Source: Malacoraja senta (taxonomy: Eukaryota). Taken from it: a stretch of 60,759 nt of DNA. Positions within the stretch are counted from its first letter, which is position 1. Each line of letters opens with the position of its first letter. A program made the position numbers and the translations under genes. Where the stretch lies: the NCBI GenBank assembly GCA_038087875.1, contig JAXLNO010001148.1, positions 127,242 to 188,000 of the forward strand, in the 5' to 3' direction. Positions 12,380 to 23,400 of this stretch are shown one piece after another. The notes under the pieces were generated by a model that saw only the letters and a list, made by a program, of their open reading frames with translations, was not told the DNA's origin and did no database searches.

Positions 12380-13860
12380 TTTGATCCCTAACTGTAACAT
12401 CAAAGGGAACCATGCTTGATTCGGCCAATTAGATATTACAAGCACCCCCAAAGCGGCATCCTGCTTGATTTCTTGCAGACTCCGACCTAATAGGCAAAAT
12501 GGTAGGAAAATATATAAAACATACCACCCCAATGTAACGTCAAAGTATCAATTGCAACTGCCACCTGGTCTGGTTTCCATGAAACCTATTTAGGCTGCTG
12601 ATGGTTGAACCTTGATGCAAACAAATCGATATCTGGCATTCATTTACAAGTACTATATTATTGAACACCTCCTGGTTCAACATCCAATCTATGTTGTCAT
12701 GGAACTTTCGTGACTGGGCGTCTGCTACTATGTAGAACCTACCTGGTAGATAAATAGCTGAAATATATTTTTCCATGCACCAAGCCCAAATGTGATTAGC
12801 CAATCTGTCACATTAATGTATATGCCACTTGCGTATTATTGTCAATCTGAAACTGAACATGCAGATTACATTTGTTAGAGCTATAAGCCTCTTTATAGTT
12901 AATTGCCCATGTCTGCACAAATGATGCCTCTTGCTCAGTCCATCTGCCTCCACAGCTGAAACTCGTATCCGTGACACCTCACCCGAGTGCACTGACATTC
13001 ATCTGCAAAATCATGGAATGCTGGTCAAGCATTACCTTGCTATAACTTCTGGACACATGGTGAATCCCATTGCAAATCAGAAATAGCCTTTACTGATAAC
13101 TGCATAGGTCTATTATAATGACCCGAATGTATCCTTAATGCCTCAATTAGCTTGGTACACCTGTCAATTAGCTCTACCCTTTTTTTCCCTGGGCAGAGTC
13201 ACTTAATTGAATCAATTGTGACTCAAATAGTCAGGTGTTAATTTGGATTCCTCTGGATGGATAATGCCCAATTTTTGAAAATTGGATTTAACAACTATCA
13301 CCTGTTAATTCAGCTGTTCTCTTGGATACCCCTGTAATCAAGATATGATCAAGATAAGCCATGAACACCTGTACCCTGGCCTTTCAGCATGCCTATTATA
13401 GGTTTTAACAATTTTGTTGCCATAGTTGATCCATCCAGGTGAATTTCAAATATCCTGCAAATAAACAGACATTGAGTAATGTGCATCTTTAAGCTCTAGA
13501 TTCGCCATATAGCATCCTCTTGCCCAGTTGCTTGGCAGTGACAATTCCATCTTACAATATCTATACGACATCCCCCATCCTTTTTTGGCCTGGGAAAATA
13601 TTACACAAATTGATGGGGTTGGTGAACAAACTTATAATTACACCTTTATCACATAAGCTTGCAAGCGCAGTCTGAACATCCATCTGTTCTGTTAATGAAA
13701 ACTAAATAGTTCTACCTAGAACATGCTGAATGTGCAAATCACAATCTGGATTGAAATCCATTCGAAACCTTTGAATAACACTCTGTATAAACAGAGCTAA
13801 GGTAATTTGCTTCCATTCATCCCAGAAACAGATGTAATGTACCCCAGTTTAAGTTGTGTC
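12380..13860 (-). pseudogene. DIRS RT-RNaseH-methyltransferase ORF, disrupted
   Basis: Motifs read by hand: ELKDAHYS (~13470-13497), AYLDHILI (~13340-13360), RNase H C-terminus in ORF 12540-12803, DLFAS (~12615-12630), YIFLPF (~12505-12525). Confidence 0.8.
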
Positions 13861-15899
13861 ACATTTGATATGTGCACCTGAGAACCAGGCCCACCTACCT
13901 CCTTGGTACCTGGTGGATGTTTGACCATGTTCCCGCTTCGTTTGTAGGGGTACTTTCTTTTTTGGAAACTTGCCGACTGCCGGTGGCTTGATCAAGCCCA
14001 CCGTCTTTGCCTCATCATCCATGTCCTTGACACTCTTGGCGAGGTCCTCTCCGAAGAGTAGGTTGGCCGGCTGTATGTTGCTAGGCTGGAAAAATACTGC
14101 AATCTTGGAATGGCACTTTCCCTGAGACAATTTATCTCAAAAATGGGTGCTACAAAGCAACCCTAGTACCTCTTGCTGCGTCTCCGACACGTGCCCTCAA
14201 TCCACCGTTCTCACGAACGCCGTGATTCCTGAGCCAAGTAATTTCAGGATTCTCTGCAGCTTCATCTCCTGGGCACTGCACGCCCTCGCCCATCTGGCTC
14301 CATATCACCTGGTTCACTGCTGGCACCTTCAGCAACTCGCAGTTACCCCGTCTCTTGGTGATTCCAGACTCTGACGGGACAGCGAATCGTGCTGCCAGCG
14401 AATGGACCTCTGACAACGGCCGTTCTTCGCTATTCAACAAAGTATCCGTCAGAATCGGGTCAGAACTGAGCTGACCCTTTCGTGGAGGCCAGCTCTTCTC
14501 CCGGTGCTACTCCATACTTTGACTGAACAGCGAATCGTGCTGCCAGAGAATGGACCTCTGACAACGGCCGTTCTTCGCTATTTCCAAGTCTCAGTCAGAG
14601 TCGGGGTCAGAACTTAGCTGACCCTCTGCACTCACCTCATGCATGAGGGTGCTTTAAGCAGCCCTCTACCAGGTGCTGCTGGCGTGGCCTTTCTGCAGCC
14701 TACCGCCCACACGACTCCTCCCCGGAGTGTGCATTTCTGGAGCAACCTCTGGATGAGCTGCTCCATTTGGGAGAACCGTTTAAATAACGTCTCCAGCCCT
14801 GTACAGGCTCGTTGTGGCCTGACTCAGTTGAGTCCAAGGGCCTCCCAGACTTCCCCGTGCCTTACGCCCGACAGGCGTTGGCTTTGGTGCTTTTTAGCAC
14901 TCAGTATGAAGTCGCCCCGCTCCTGGTCGGCGACTGTGCAGGGGTACGAGGCAGCCGCTGACAGACCGCATTCCTGTGGCTCTCCTATGTTTTACATGCG
15001 GCTGCCCTCCCCCTGGTCATCTTCATCATGGTGCTGCCTGTAATAAAAAACACAGAGCACCACAAAATCAACTTTCCCCTCCAGCTAAGCTTCCCACTTA
15101 GCTGGAGCTTTAAAACTATAAAAGTACTTTAAAAGTACCTTCTACAGGAGGAGCTCTATCCTACCCTGCTCGTCTTCACCATGGTGCTGCCTGTGACAAA
15201 ACACAGAGCACAGCACCACAGTCAAGGAACTTATTTTACTCCAGCTAAGTTTCTGACAAGTTTCAGACTTAGCTGGAGCTTTAAAACTCTTTAAAAATAC
15301 CCTAAAAGTACTTACATCGGGAGGAGCACTGTCGTCCCGCTGTCTGTGCGCCAATGCGACCGACGTAATGACGCACATGCGCCCTGACGGGTCTTCTTCA
15401 CGTAGTCACAAACGTGACTCCGAAGTAAAACAGACTTTACTCATGGCCAACAAATACTTAATTTTTCTTGTGATCTCTACAATTACCCACTACAATCATT
15501 GCACTCTTACTTGTTTATGATTGCCCTCACGTATGGTGTATTGTGACTGGATAGCATGCAAAACATGGTATTTCACCGTGTTTTTGTACACATTACAATA
15601 ATAAACTAAACTAAACTTCAGGTTAGGACTAATTCTGCCAGTGGCTTGTGGGCCTATTCTTGCTTCTCCTTTCTTGTGTTCATGTATTTGACGTCTCTTG
15701 CTTACTGTGGTCACTGCTGTGAGTTATAACTTCAGTAACATAAGCGAATTAGTTCAGCACTATCCGAGCAAAATTAAAAGCATTTTTAAAAATGCAGACT
15801 TAAATCTGGTGTAGTGAGGGAGAAACACAGACATCTTTGGGTTGATTGAAATGATTTTGGTTAAGAGCTGAAATTTAAATTAATAGAAATTAACATTTT

Positions 15900-16200
15900 T
15901 ACTTTAGACTTCAGAGGCACATCACGGAAGCAGGCCCTTCGGCCCACCGAGTCCTCGCTAACTCCCCGTACAATAGTACTATACCACAACAGGTGACAAT
16001 TTACAATTTTACCAAAGCAAATTAACCTAAAAACCTGTACTTCTTTGAGATGTGGGAGGAAACTGGAGCACCCAGAGAAAAACAATGCAGTCACGCATGG
16101 AGATGCAGGGAGAATGTACACACACTGTACAGACAGCACCGTTAGTCAGAATCGACCTGAGTCTCTGCTGCTATAGGCAGCAACTCTACCGTTGCAACAC
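15900..16200 (-). mobile_element. tRNA-derived SINE
   Basis: Antisense family core and tail (ggcccttcggcccaccgagtcc). Confidence 0.7.
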
Positions 16201-16819
16201 TGAGGATATCTTGAATTACAAAAGCAATATTTTGGGCTCATCACCAACCATACAAGCACCTGCATTCTTTATATGGTACATTAATATGGAGTTTATTGCA
16301 TTGAAACAGGCCCACAAGCCTGCCCTGTTGTTCAATACAATCCCTCAGTCATTCCTGATCTGGTTTGATTAGGATGCAAATAAAAGCTTTTCACTATATC
16401 ACAATACAAATGACAATAATAAACCAATACCAATGCTATTGTGTAAGTTCTCGACATATCTGATAGATAGATCCTTGATAAATTTGTAGACACCATCGCC
16501 GTCTATATCCACCACCATTTGCTTCTCAGTTTCAATGTCCAAACTAGCTTCCAATATAACTTTTTTACAGAATTCCATTTTGAGTTGAAAGATACAACAT
16601 GGAAACAGGCCCTTCAGCCCACCATGCTGACCACCAGTCACCCCTTCACACTAGTTCAATGTTATCCCACTTTTTTGTCCAATCCCCACACACGCTAGGG
16701 GAAATTTACAGATGTCAATTAACTGACAAACCCACACACCTGTGGAATGTGGGAGAAAACCAGAGCACCCGGGAAGAACCCAGATGGTCACAGGAAGAAG
16801 GAACACAATCTATACAGTA

Positions 16820-17022
16820 GCTAGACAAATATGCTGGAGAAACTCAGGGGGTGAGGAAGCATCTATGGAGCGATGGAATAATTTTGGGTCAAGACCCTTC
16901 TTGGAGGGTCTCGACCGGAAACGTCGCCTATTCCTTTGCTCCATAGATGCTCCCTCACCCGCTGAGTTTCTCCAACATTTTTGTCTACCTTCGATTTTTC
17001 CAGCATCTGCAGTTCTTTCTTA
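16820..17022. repeat. Fold-back pair of PLE terminal repeats nested in a SINE
   Basis: Arms tagacaaatatgctggagaaactcag...atctatggagc and gctccatagatgct...ctgagtttctccaacatttttgtcta are inverted copies. Confidence 0.8.
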
Positions 17023-17559
17023 AAGAAAATCTACACAGACAATACCAGCGGTCAGGATCTAACGCTGGTCTCTGGTGCTGTGAGGCAGCAGCTCTACCTG
17101 TTGTGGACAGTGTTTGGTTTCCTCCTTTTTGTTCTGCATTGTAATGATTCAAGTCAGGATAGGCATTGGATTTATGGGTCTCCTGAATCATAACATAAGC
17201 AGCAGTTAGCAGCATAAGAATGGAGAGTTATCTGAAACGTAATTACAGTCCCAGGCAACTACGCCCTGCCTTTCCATTCGCTATAGAGTGCGATAAAACC
17301 AAAGTGCTGGAGTAACTCAGCAGGTCGGGCAACATCTCTGGAGGACATTGACAGGTGCTGTTTCAGATTGGGACCCTACTTCAGACTGACAATAGTCACC
17401 TATCCTTTTTCTCCAAAGATGCTGCTCGACCCATTGAGTTACTCGAGCGCTTTGTGTCTATCGTCACCTATCTATGCCCTCCGGAGTTGCCACCTGACCT
17501 GTTGAGTTACACCAGCACTTTGTGTCTTTTGTTGTTGTAAATCGGCATCAGCTCCTCCT

Positions 17560-17723
17560 CATGTCTCCATTACAGTCAATTGTTTCCTGCTGGTTCAATG
17601 ACATCGCTCGACAACTGGTGTCGACCCGCCGTATTTTTATTCTGATTGCATGATGAGATCCTGCTTTGATGTTGGTGAAGTTTGGCTCAGTTGCTGCTGT
17701 TGATGCGTGAGGTTGTGCGTGAA
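17560..17723 (+). promoter_or_regulatory. Putative promoter/5' UTR of the class I-like gene, with a degenerate X-Y box-like module
   Basis: CpG-rich stretch just upstream of the leader ATG. CTCGACAACTGGTG (17607-17620) is followed by TATTTTT and CTGATTGC (17642-17649) at a spacing close to the HLA-DRA X1/Y module. Motif match is imperfect. Confidence 0.35.
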
Positions 17724-17775
17724 ATGATTCTGTTCATCTTGTTGAGTTTCTTCCGCGTACAAGGGGCTCAAGCAG
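17724..17775 (+). CDS. MHC class I-like heavy chain, exon 1 (signal peptide MILFILLSFFRVQGAQA + 1 nt)
   Basis: ATG at 17724 in a CpG-rich non-repeat patch. Hydrophobic core with an A-Q-A cleavage motif, perfect donor G|GTAAGT (17776), phase 1. G+CG gives Ala in frame with the alpha1 exon. Too short for the ORF track. Confidence 0.75.
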
Positions 17776-18099
17776 GTAAGTTAATGACTCATTTTATTCG
17801 CTACTGGCTAAAGCGTCTTGGCTTTATCTCAATCTTGACCGGAGGCGACTGAGTTTAAAAAAGCGCGCAATACACATTCAGTCTGGTTCATGGTTCATGC
17901 GGACGTTAAAAGGGTTTAATCTCCACTGTTTCAGAACAATCCAGACTGGAGTTTCTGCTTTGATTTGCACAATGCCCCGTTTCCTCTGTGGAAGAAGGAA
18001 CTGCAGATATTGGTTTAAACTGATTTTAACCCGTGTAAAACAAACAGGAGCGACGCGATTTGAAACAAAAACATCTTTGATTTCAAGTTGTTATTGTAA

Positions 18100-19510
18100 G
18101 AATGGGAATACAATGTGGGAGAGGCGGGAAAGGGCTGTGCCTGCCTCTTTGTTGCGTCCGTCGAACAATCACTGTTCCAGACGTACACTGGCCCGATCCC
18201 CGAACTCTATCTCCGCTACATTGACCACTGCATTGATGCTACTTCCTGCTCCCATGCAGAACTCACTGACTTCATCAACTTCACCACCAATTTCCATCCT
18301 GCACTCCAATTCACTTGGACCATCTCGGACATCTCCCTACCGTTTCTAGATCTCACCATCTCCATAACAGGAAACATACTATTGACCGACATCTACTACA
18401 AACCTACTGACTCCCATAGCTATCTGGACTACACTTCTTCCCACCCTGCTTCCTGTAAAGACTGTATCCCGACTACCACTTCCTCCGTCTACGCAGCATC
18501 TGCGCCCAGGATGAGGTTTTCTTTTCCAGGGCATCGGAGATGTCCTCATTCTTTAGGAAACTGGGGTTCCCTTCTTCCATTATAGATGAGGCACTCACTA
18601 GGGTTTCCTCGATGCTCCGCTCTTACTCTCTCTACCCCCCCCCCCATTCGTACCAAGGACAGAGTCCCCCTTGTCCTCACCTTCCACCCCATCAGCCGTC
18701 GCATACAGCATATAATCCTCCATCATTTTTGCCAACTCCAACGGGATCCCACTACTGGCCACATCTTCCCATCTCCTCCCCTTTCTGCTTTTCGTGGAGA
18801 CCGTTCCCTCGGAAATTCCCTCATCAACTCGTCCTTTTCCACCCAAACCACCCCCTCCCCAGGTACTTTCCCTGCAACCGCAGGAGATGCAACACCTGTC
18901 CCTTTCCCTCTCCCCTCAACTCCATCCAAGGACCCAAGCAGTCTTTCCAGGTGAGGCAGAGGTTCACTTGCACCTCCTCGAACCTCATCTACTGCATCTG
19001 CAGTTGCAGGAGCCAACTTCTCTACATCAGCGAGGCCAAGCACAGGCTCGGCAATCATTTCACTGAACTACTCCGCTCTGTCCATCTTAACCTACCTGAT
19101 CTCCTGGTTGCTCAGCACTTCAACTTCCCCTCCCATTCACAATCTGACCTTTCGGTCCTGGGCCTCCTCCATTGTCAGAGTGAGGCCCAGTGCAAATTGG
19201 AGGAATAGCACCTCATATTTCACTTGGGTAGTTTACACCCCAGCTGTATGAACATTGACTTCTCTAACTTTAAATAGCCCTTGCATTCCCTCTCTATCCC
19301 CTCCCCCATCCCAGTTCTCCCACCAGTCTTAATGTCTTCAACTACATTCTATCTTTGTCCCGTCAACTCCCCTGACATCAGTCTGAAGAAGGGTCTCGAC
19401 CCGATAGGTCACCCATTCCTTCTCTCCAGAGATGCTGCCTGCCTGCTGAGTTACTCCAGCATTTTGTGTCTACCTTTGAGTTAAACCAGCATCTGCAGTT
19501 CTTTCTTACA
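18100..19510 (+). mobile_element. Penelope-like element (Neptune-like), 5'-truncated: RT C-terminus, GIY-YIG and pLTR
   Basis: LYLRYIDHCI (YxDD-like), LPFLDL, DIYYKPTDSHSYLDYTSSHP, CNRRRCNTC, NLIYCICSC..LLYISE. Frameshifts present. The pLTR has a mutated hammerhead-like core at 19383-19410. Confidence 0.88.
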
Positions 19511-19994
19511 CAAAGTGCATTGTTTGACAGGTTCAAGTTTATGGCCAAATTCCTCGTATGTTGCAAAACATACTTGGCGAATAAAGTGTGATTCTGATTC
19601 TGATTGATCTGATTCTGAAATGTGGGAAGAGAGCGAGGCAGTAGTACAATGCAAAATCACTAAAAGATTAGCACACACTGTGGAATTTGCTATTGACTGA
19701 GTGACAACTCTTAGCTCCAAATGTGCGGTCGTCACGTTTATGTTGTTTAGTAGTGATTTGGATAACCATATAACCATAACAGCACGGAAACAGGCCATCT
19801 CGGCCCTTCAAGTCCGTGCCGAATGCTTTTTATTTATTATTTTGAAAAATTTTTTTTTATTAACTTCCCCCTAGTCCCATCTACCTGTACTCAGACCATA
19901 ACCCTGCATTCCTTTCCCGTCCATATACCCATCCAATCTATTTTTAAAGGATAACATCGAACCTGCCTCCACCACTTCCACTGGAAGGGGATTG

Positions 19995-21160
19995 AATGTT
20001 TTGTGGCCAAGTTTGCAGATGATGCTAAAATAGGTGGAGGGGCAGGCAGTGTAGAGGATGCAAGGACTTTGCAGAAGGACTTGTTCAGGTTAGGAGAGTG
20101 GGCAGAGAAGTGGCAGATGAAATTCAGTGTAGCAAAGTGTGGAGACATGCATTTGGTAATAAGAATAAAGGCGTAGATTATTTTACAAATGGAGAGAGAA
20201 TCCAGAAATCGGAGGCACACAGTGACATGGGAGTGCTGGTGCAGGACTCCCAAAAAGGTTAATTTGCAAATTGAATCGGTAGTCAGGAAGGTGATTTATA
20301 TCAAGAGGACTGGATTACAAAAACAGAAATGTCATTCTGAGGCTTCAAAAGCGCTGGTCAGGCCACATTTGGAGTACAGTGTGCAAATTTGGGCCCCCTA
20401 TCTGAGGAAGGATGTGCTGGCTCTGGTTCAGAGGAGGTTTACAAGAATAATTCCATGAATGAGTGGGTTAGCATATGATGATAGTTTGACAGGACTGTGC
20501 GTCTACTCGCTGGAGGTAAGAAGGTTGAGGGGGGAACCTCATTGAAACTGACAGAATAATGAAAGGCAAAGATAGAGTGGATGTGGAAAGGATGTTTCCA
20601 CTGGTGGGTGAGTCTAGGACCAGAGGTCATAGCCTCAGAATTAAAGGGTGCTCTTTTAGAAAGGAGGTGAGGAGGAATTTCTTTAGTCAGAGGGTAGTTA
20701 ATCTGTGGAACACATTGCCACAGAGGGCTGTGGAGGCCAAGTTGGTGGATATTTTTAAGGCAGAGATCGACAAATTCTTGATTAGAACGGGTTATCATGG
20801 GGAGAAGGCAGGAAAATGGGATTAGGAGGCACAGATCAGCCATAATGGAATGGTGGAGTAGACTCGATGGGCCGAATGGCCTAATTCTACTCGTGTAATG
20901 TGAACGTGTACAGGTTAGGAGAGTGGGCAGAGAAGTGGCAGATGAAATCCAGTATAGCAAAGTGTGGAGACATGCATTTTGGTAATAAGAATAAAGGCGT
21001 AGATTATTTTACAAATGGAGAGAGAATCCAGAAATCGGAGGCACATAGTGACATGGGAGTGCTGGTGCAGGACTCTCAAAAGGTTAATTTGCAAATTGAA
21101 TCGGTAGTCAGGAAGGTGATTTATATCAAGAGGACTGGAATACAAAAACAGAAAATGCCG
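19995..21160 (+). mobile_element. CR1-clade LINE 3' fragment followed by a partial local duplicate
   Basis: AKFADDAK-type motif, [32 protein letters not shown]...RRNFFSQRVVNLWN and a CR1 3' tail. 20086-20332 is repeated at 20910-21157. Confidence 0.85.
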
Positions 21161-22747
21161 CCCGATTTGTAAGAGTGTCAAAGGTCACAGGGAGATGACA
21201 GGAGAACGGCACTGAGAGGGAACGATAGGTCAGCCATGATTAAATTGTGGAGTAAACTCGATGGGTCGACCAACCAAATTCTGCACCTTTGACTTATGAA
21301 GTGAGTCAAAGTTCAGAACATGAGGGATGATCTTTTTATTTCTCCCCAGACTGGTGTGTCTGGAACCAAAATTCACAGTTTAAAAATAAGGCTTCAGACA
21401 TTCTTATGGCACCAAAACATGGTGACACCTGTGTGATGCCTAGGTTAGGTCTGCTATATGATTTTACCGAGTTGTATGTGAAACGAAGCATTTCACTGTA
21501 CCTAGGTGCATGTGACAATAAAATATCATTGAATCATTGAATTCAGTGTAGTAATGAGAAGATCTTTTCACCCAGAGGGTAATTAGTCTTTCAAATTCTC
21601 TGTCCAAGAAGGCTGTGGGCATTCAGTCAATCAGATGCTTGAGGCAGGGATAGGAAGATGCTTGGATACAAAAGGAATCCAGAATTCGGTAAAATGGTGG
21701 TCTGCTCGAGGATCGGTTATGATCTTATAGAATATCAGAGATTGGGAACAAAGGATGAATGGCAACATTTTGCTTATGTTAGGTTTGATCCCACTCCACA
21801 AGAGAATCCAGAAGGAAAGAGAGTATAGAATGTTCAATTGTCATATGTGCTGACTACAAAACAATCACATTCATGTAGCAGCTTAGCAGACCTGTAAGAC
21901 AATACAAATAGATAACATACTAAAAATTCAGTAAATTGATAATCCCAAAATCTGTGCAAAAACACCGCAAATGCTTAGTTTAACCAAAGACAGTCCATAG
22001 GTCTACAGGGTCCGACTCGACACTTTACCTATCCATTCTCACCAGCGATGCTGCCTGTTCTGCTGAGTTCAACACTTTTTCTTTATTTTGTTCATTAATC
22101 ATAGCTGAGTGTAGTGTAGTTCAGGGTTCAATATACGGGAAGATTTTAATGATCACATTCCAGCACGCATCTCCAGAGCCAAACAAAACAATGACATTCT
22201 CCTTTGATGGTAATAATCTAATTTGGTGAAAGGGGAAACAGGCTTAGATATAAAGAATAACATTTATAGCAGTTCCAATGTAGGAAAATGCTTCAATGAG
22301 ATTCGTAAGAATATTATTCTGTAACATTTTACTTCGAGCAGTATAATGGCATGACATGACAATTAGCAAAATAAACATTTAAGGTGCATCTTAAAGGAAG
22401 GGATATTTAGAGAGCAATTCTATGACTTAGGCCTGCTCTTCAGATGAAATACTTAAATTTGTGAATAATCAGGAAGTTATACTGCCCGGTTCATCGTGGG
22501 TTCTGACCTCAACACCATCGAAGGGATCCACACGAGACGCTGCCTCAAAAAGGAAGGCAACATCATCCCCCTGGCCACGCTTTCATTACCTCCCCCAATG
22601 GGGTGGAAAGTATAGGTGTTTGAAAACCATGACCTCCAGGTTCAAGAATAGCTTCTTCCCAACAACTATCACGCACTTGAACGCTACACAACGCTAACCT
22701 CAACTGTGAAATTGTATGGACTGTATGCATGCCGAGGGAGGAGCTGC

Positions 22748-23400
22748 GTAGGAAGGAACTGCAGATGCTGGTTTAAACCGAAGATAGACACAAAATGCTG
22801 GAGTAACTCAGCGGGTCCGACAGCGACTCTGGAGAAAAGGAATAGGTAGCGTTTCAGGTCGAGACCATTCTTCAGACATAGTCAGGGGAAAGGGAAACGA
22901 GAGATACAGGGGGTGATAGAGAGAGATATAAGAACAAATGATTGAAAGATATGTTTTGAATGAAAGAGCTGTTGGTCTTAGATATTTAAATACAATGATC
23001 AGAGTTTGAAATCTGAATATTTTTAAATCAGTAAGATGATGGGTGAATGGGATGGAGCAAGTTAGCACAATGATGACAAAGTCTGAAGAAGGGCCTCAAT
23101 CTGAAACATCACCCATTCCTTCTCTCTGGAGATTCTGCCTGTCCCACTGAGTTATTCCAGCATTTTGTGTCTATCGCTAAGTGCTGGAGTAACTCAGCTG
23201 GTCAGGCAGCATCTCCGGAGAATGTGGCTAGATGACGTTTAGGGTAAACACCCTTCCACAGAGTGAAGAAGGGGTCTTGACCCGAAACATCTATCCATCA
23301 TCACATATCCATGTTCTCCAAGGATGCTGCCGGACCCACTAAGGTGCTCCAGCACTTTGCAACTCTTTGTGAACCAACATTTGTAGTTCCTTGTTTCTAC
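22748..23400. repeat. Cluster of inverted PLE terminal-repeat pairs
   Basis: Two successive antisense/sense pLTR pairs (gatagacacaaaatgctggagtaactcag ... ctgagttattccagcattttgtgtctatc). Confidence 0.7.

Larger units (their letters stand above)
10788..15430 (-). mobile_element. DIRS1-type tyrosine-recombinase retrotransposon, full structure, ORFs decayed
   Basis: 36-bp ITRs (15369-15404 / 10869-10904). ICR 11022-11133 is complementary to both termini and joins them over TTTT. Minus-strand gag, RT (ELKDAHYS, YLDH for YLDD), RNase H (IWAWC...YLPG..VAD..SR), MT (PDIDLFASRFNH, YIFLPF) and YR (..AGINT...STSAAATS...AGWS...FY). Confidence 0.92.

Noticed and set aside
14639-15043. 134-aa + strand ORF
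   Set aside because: It is antisense to the DIRS gag region, with no independent evidence.
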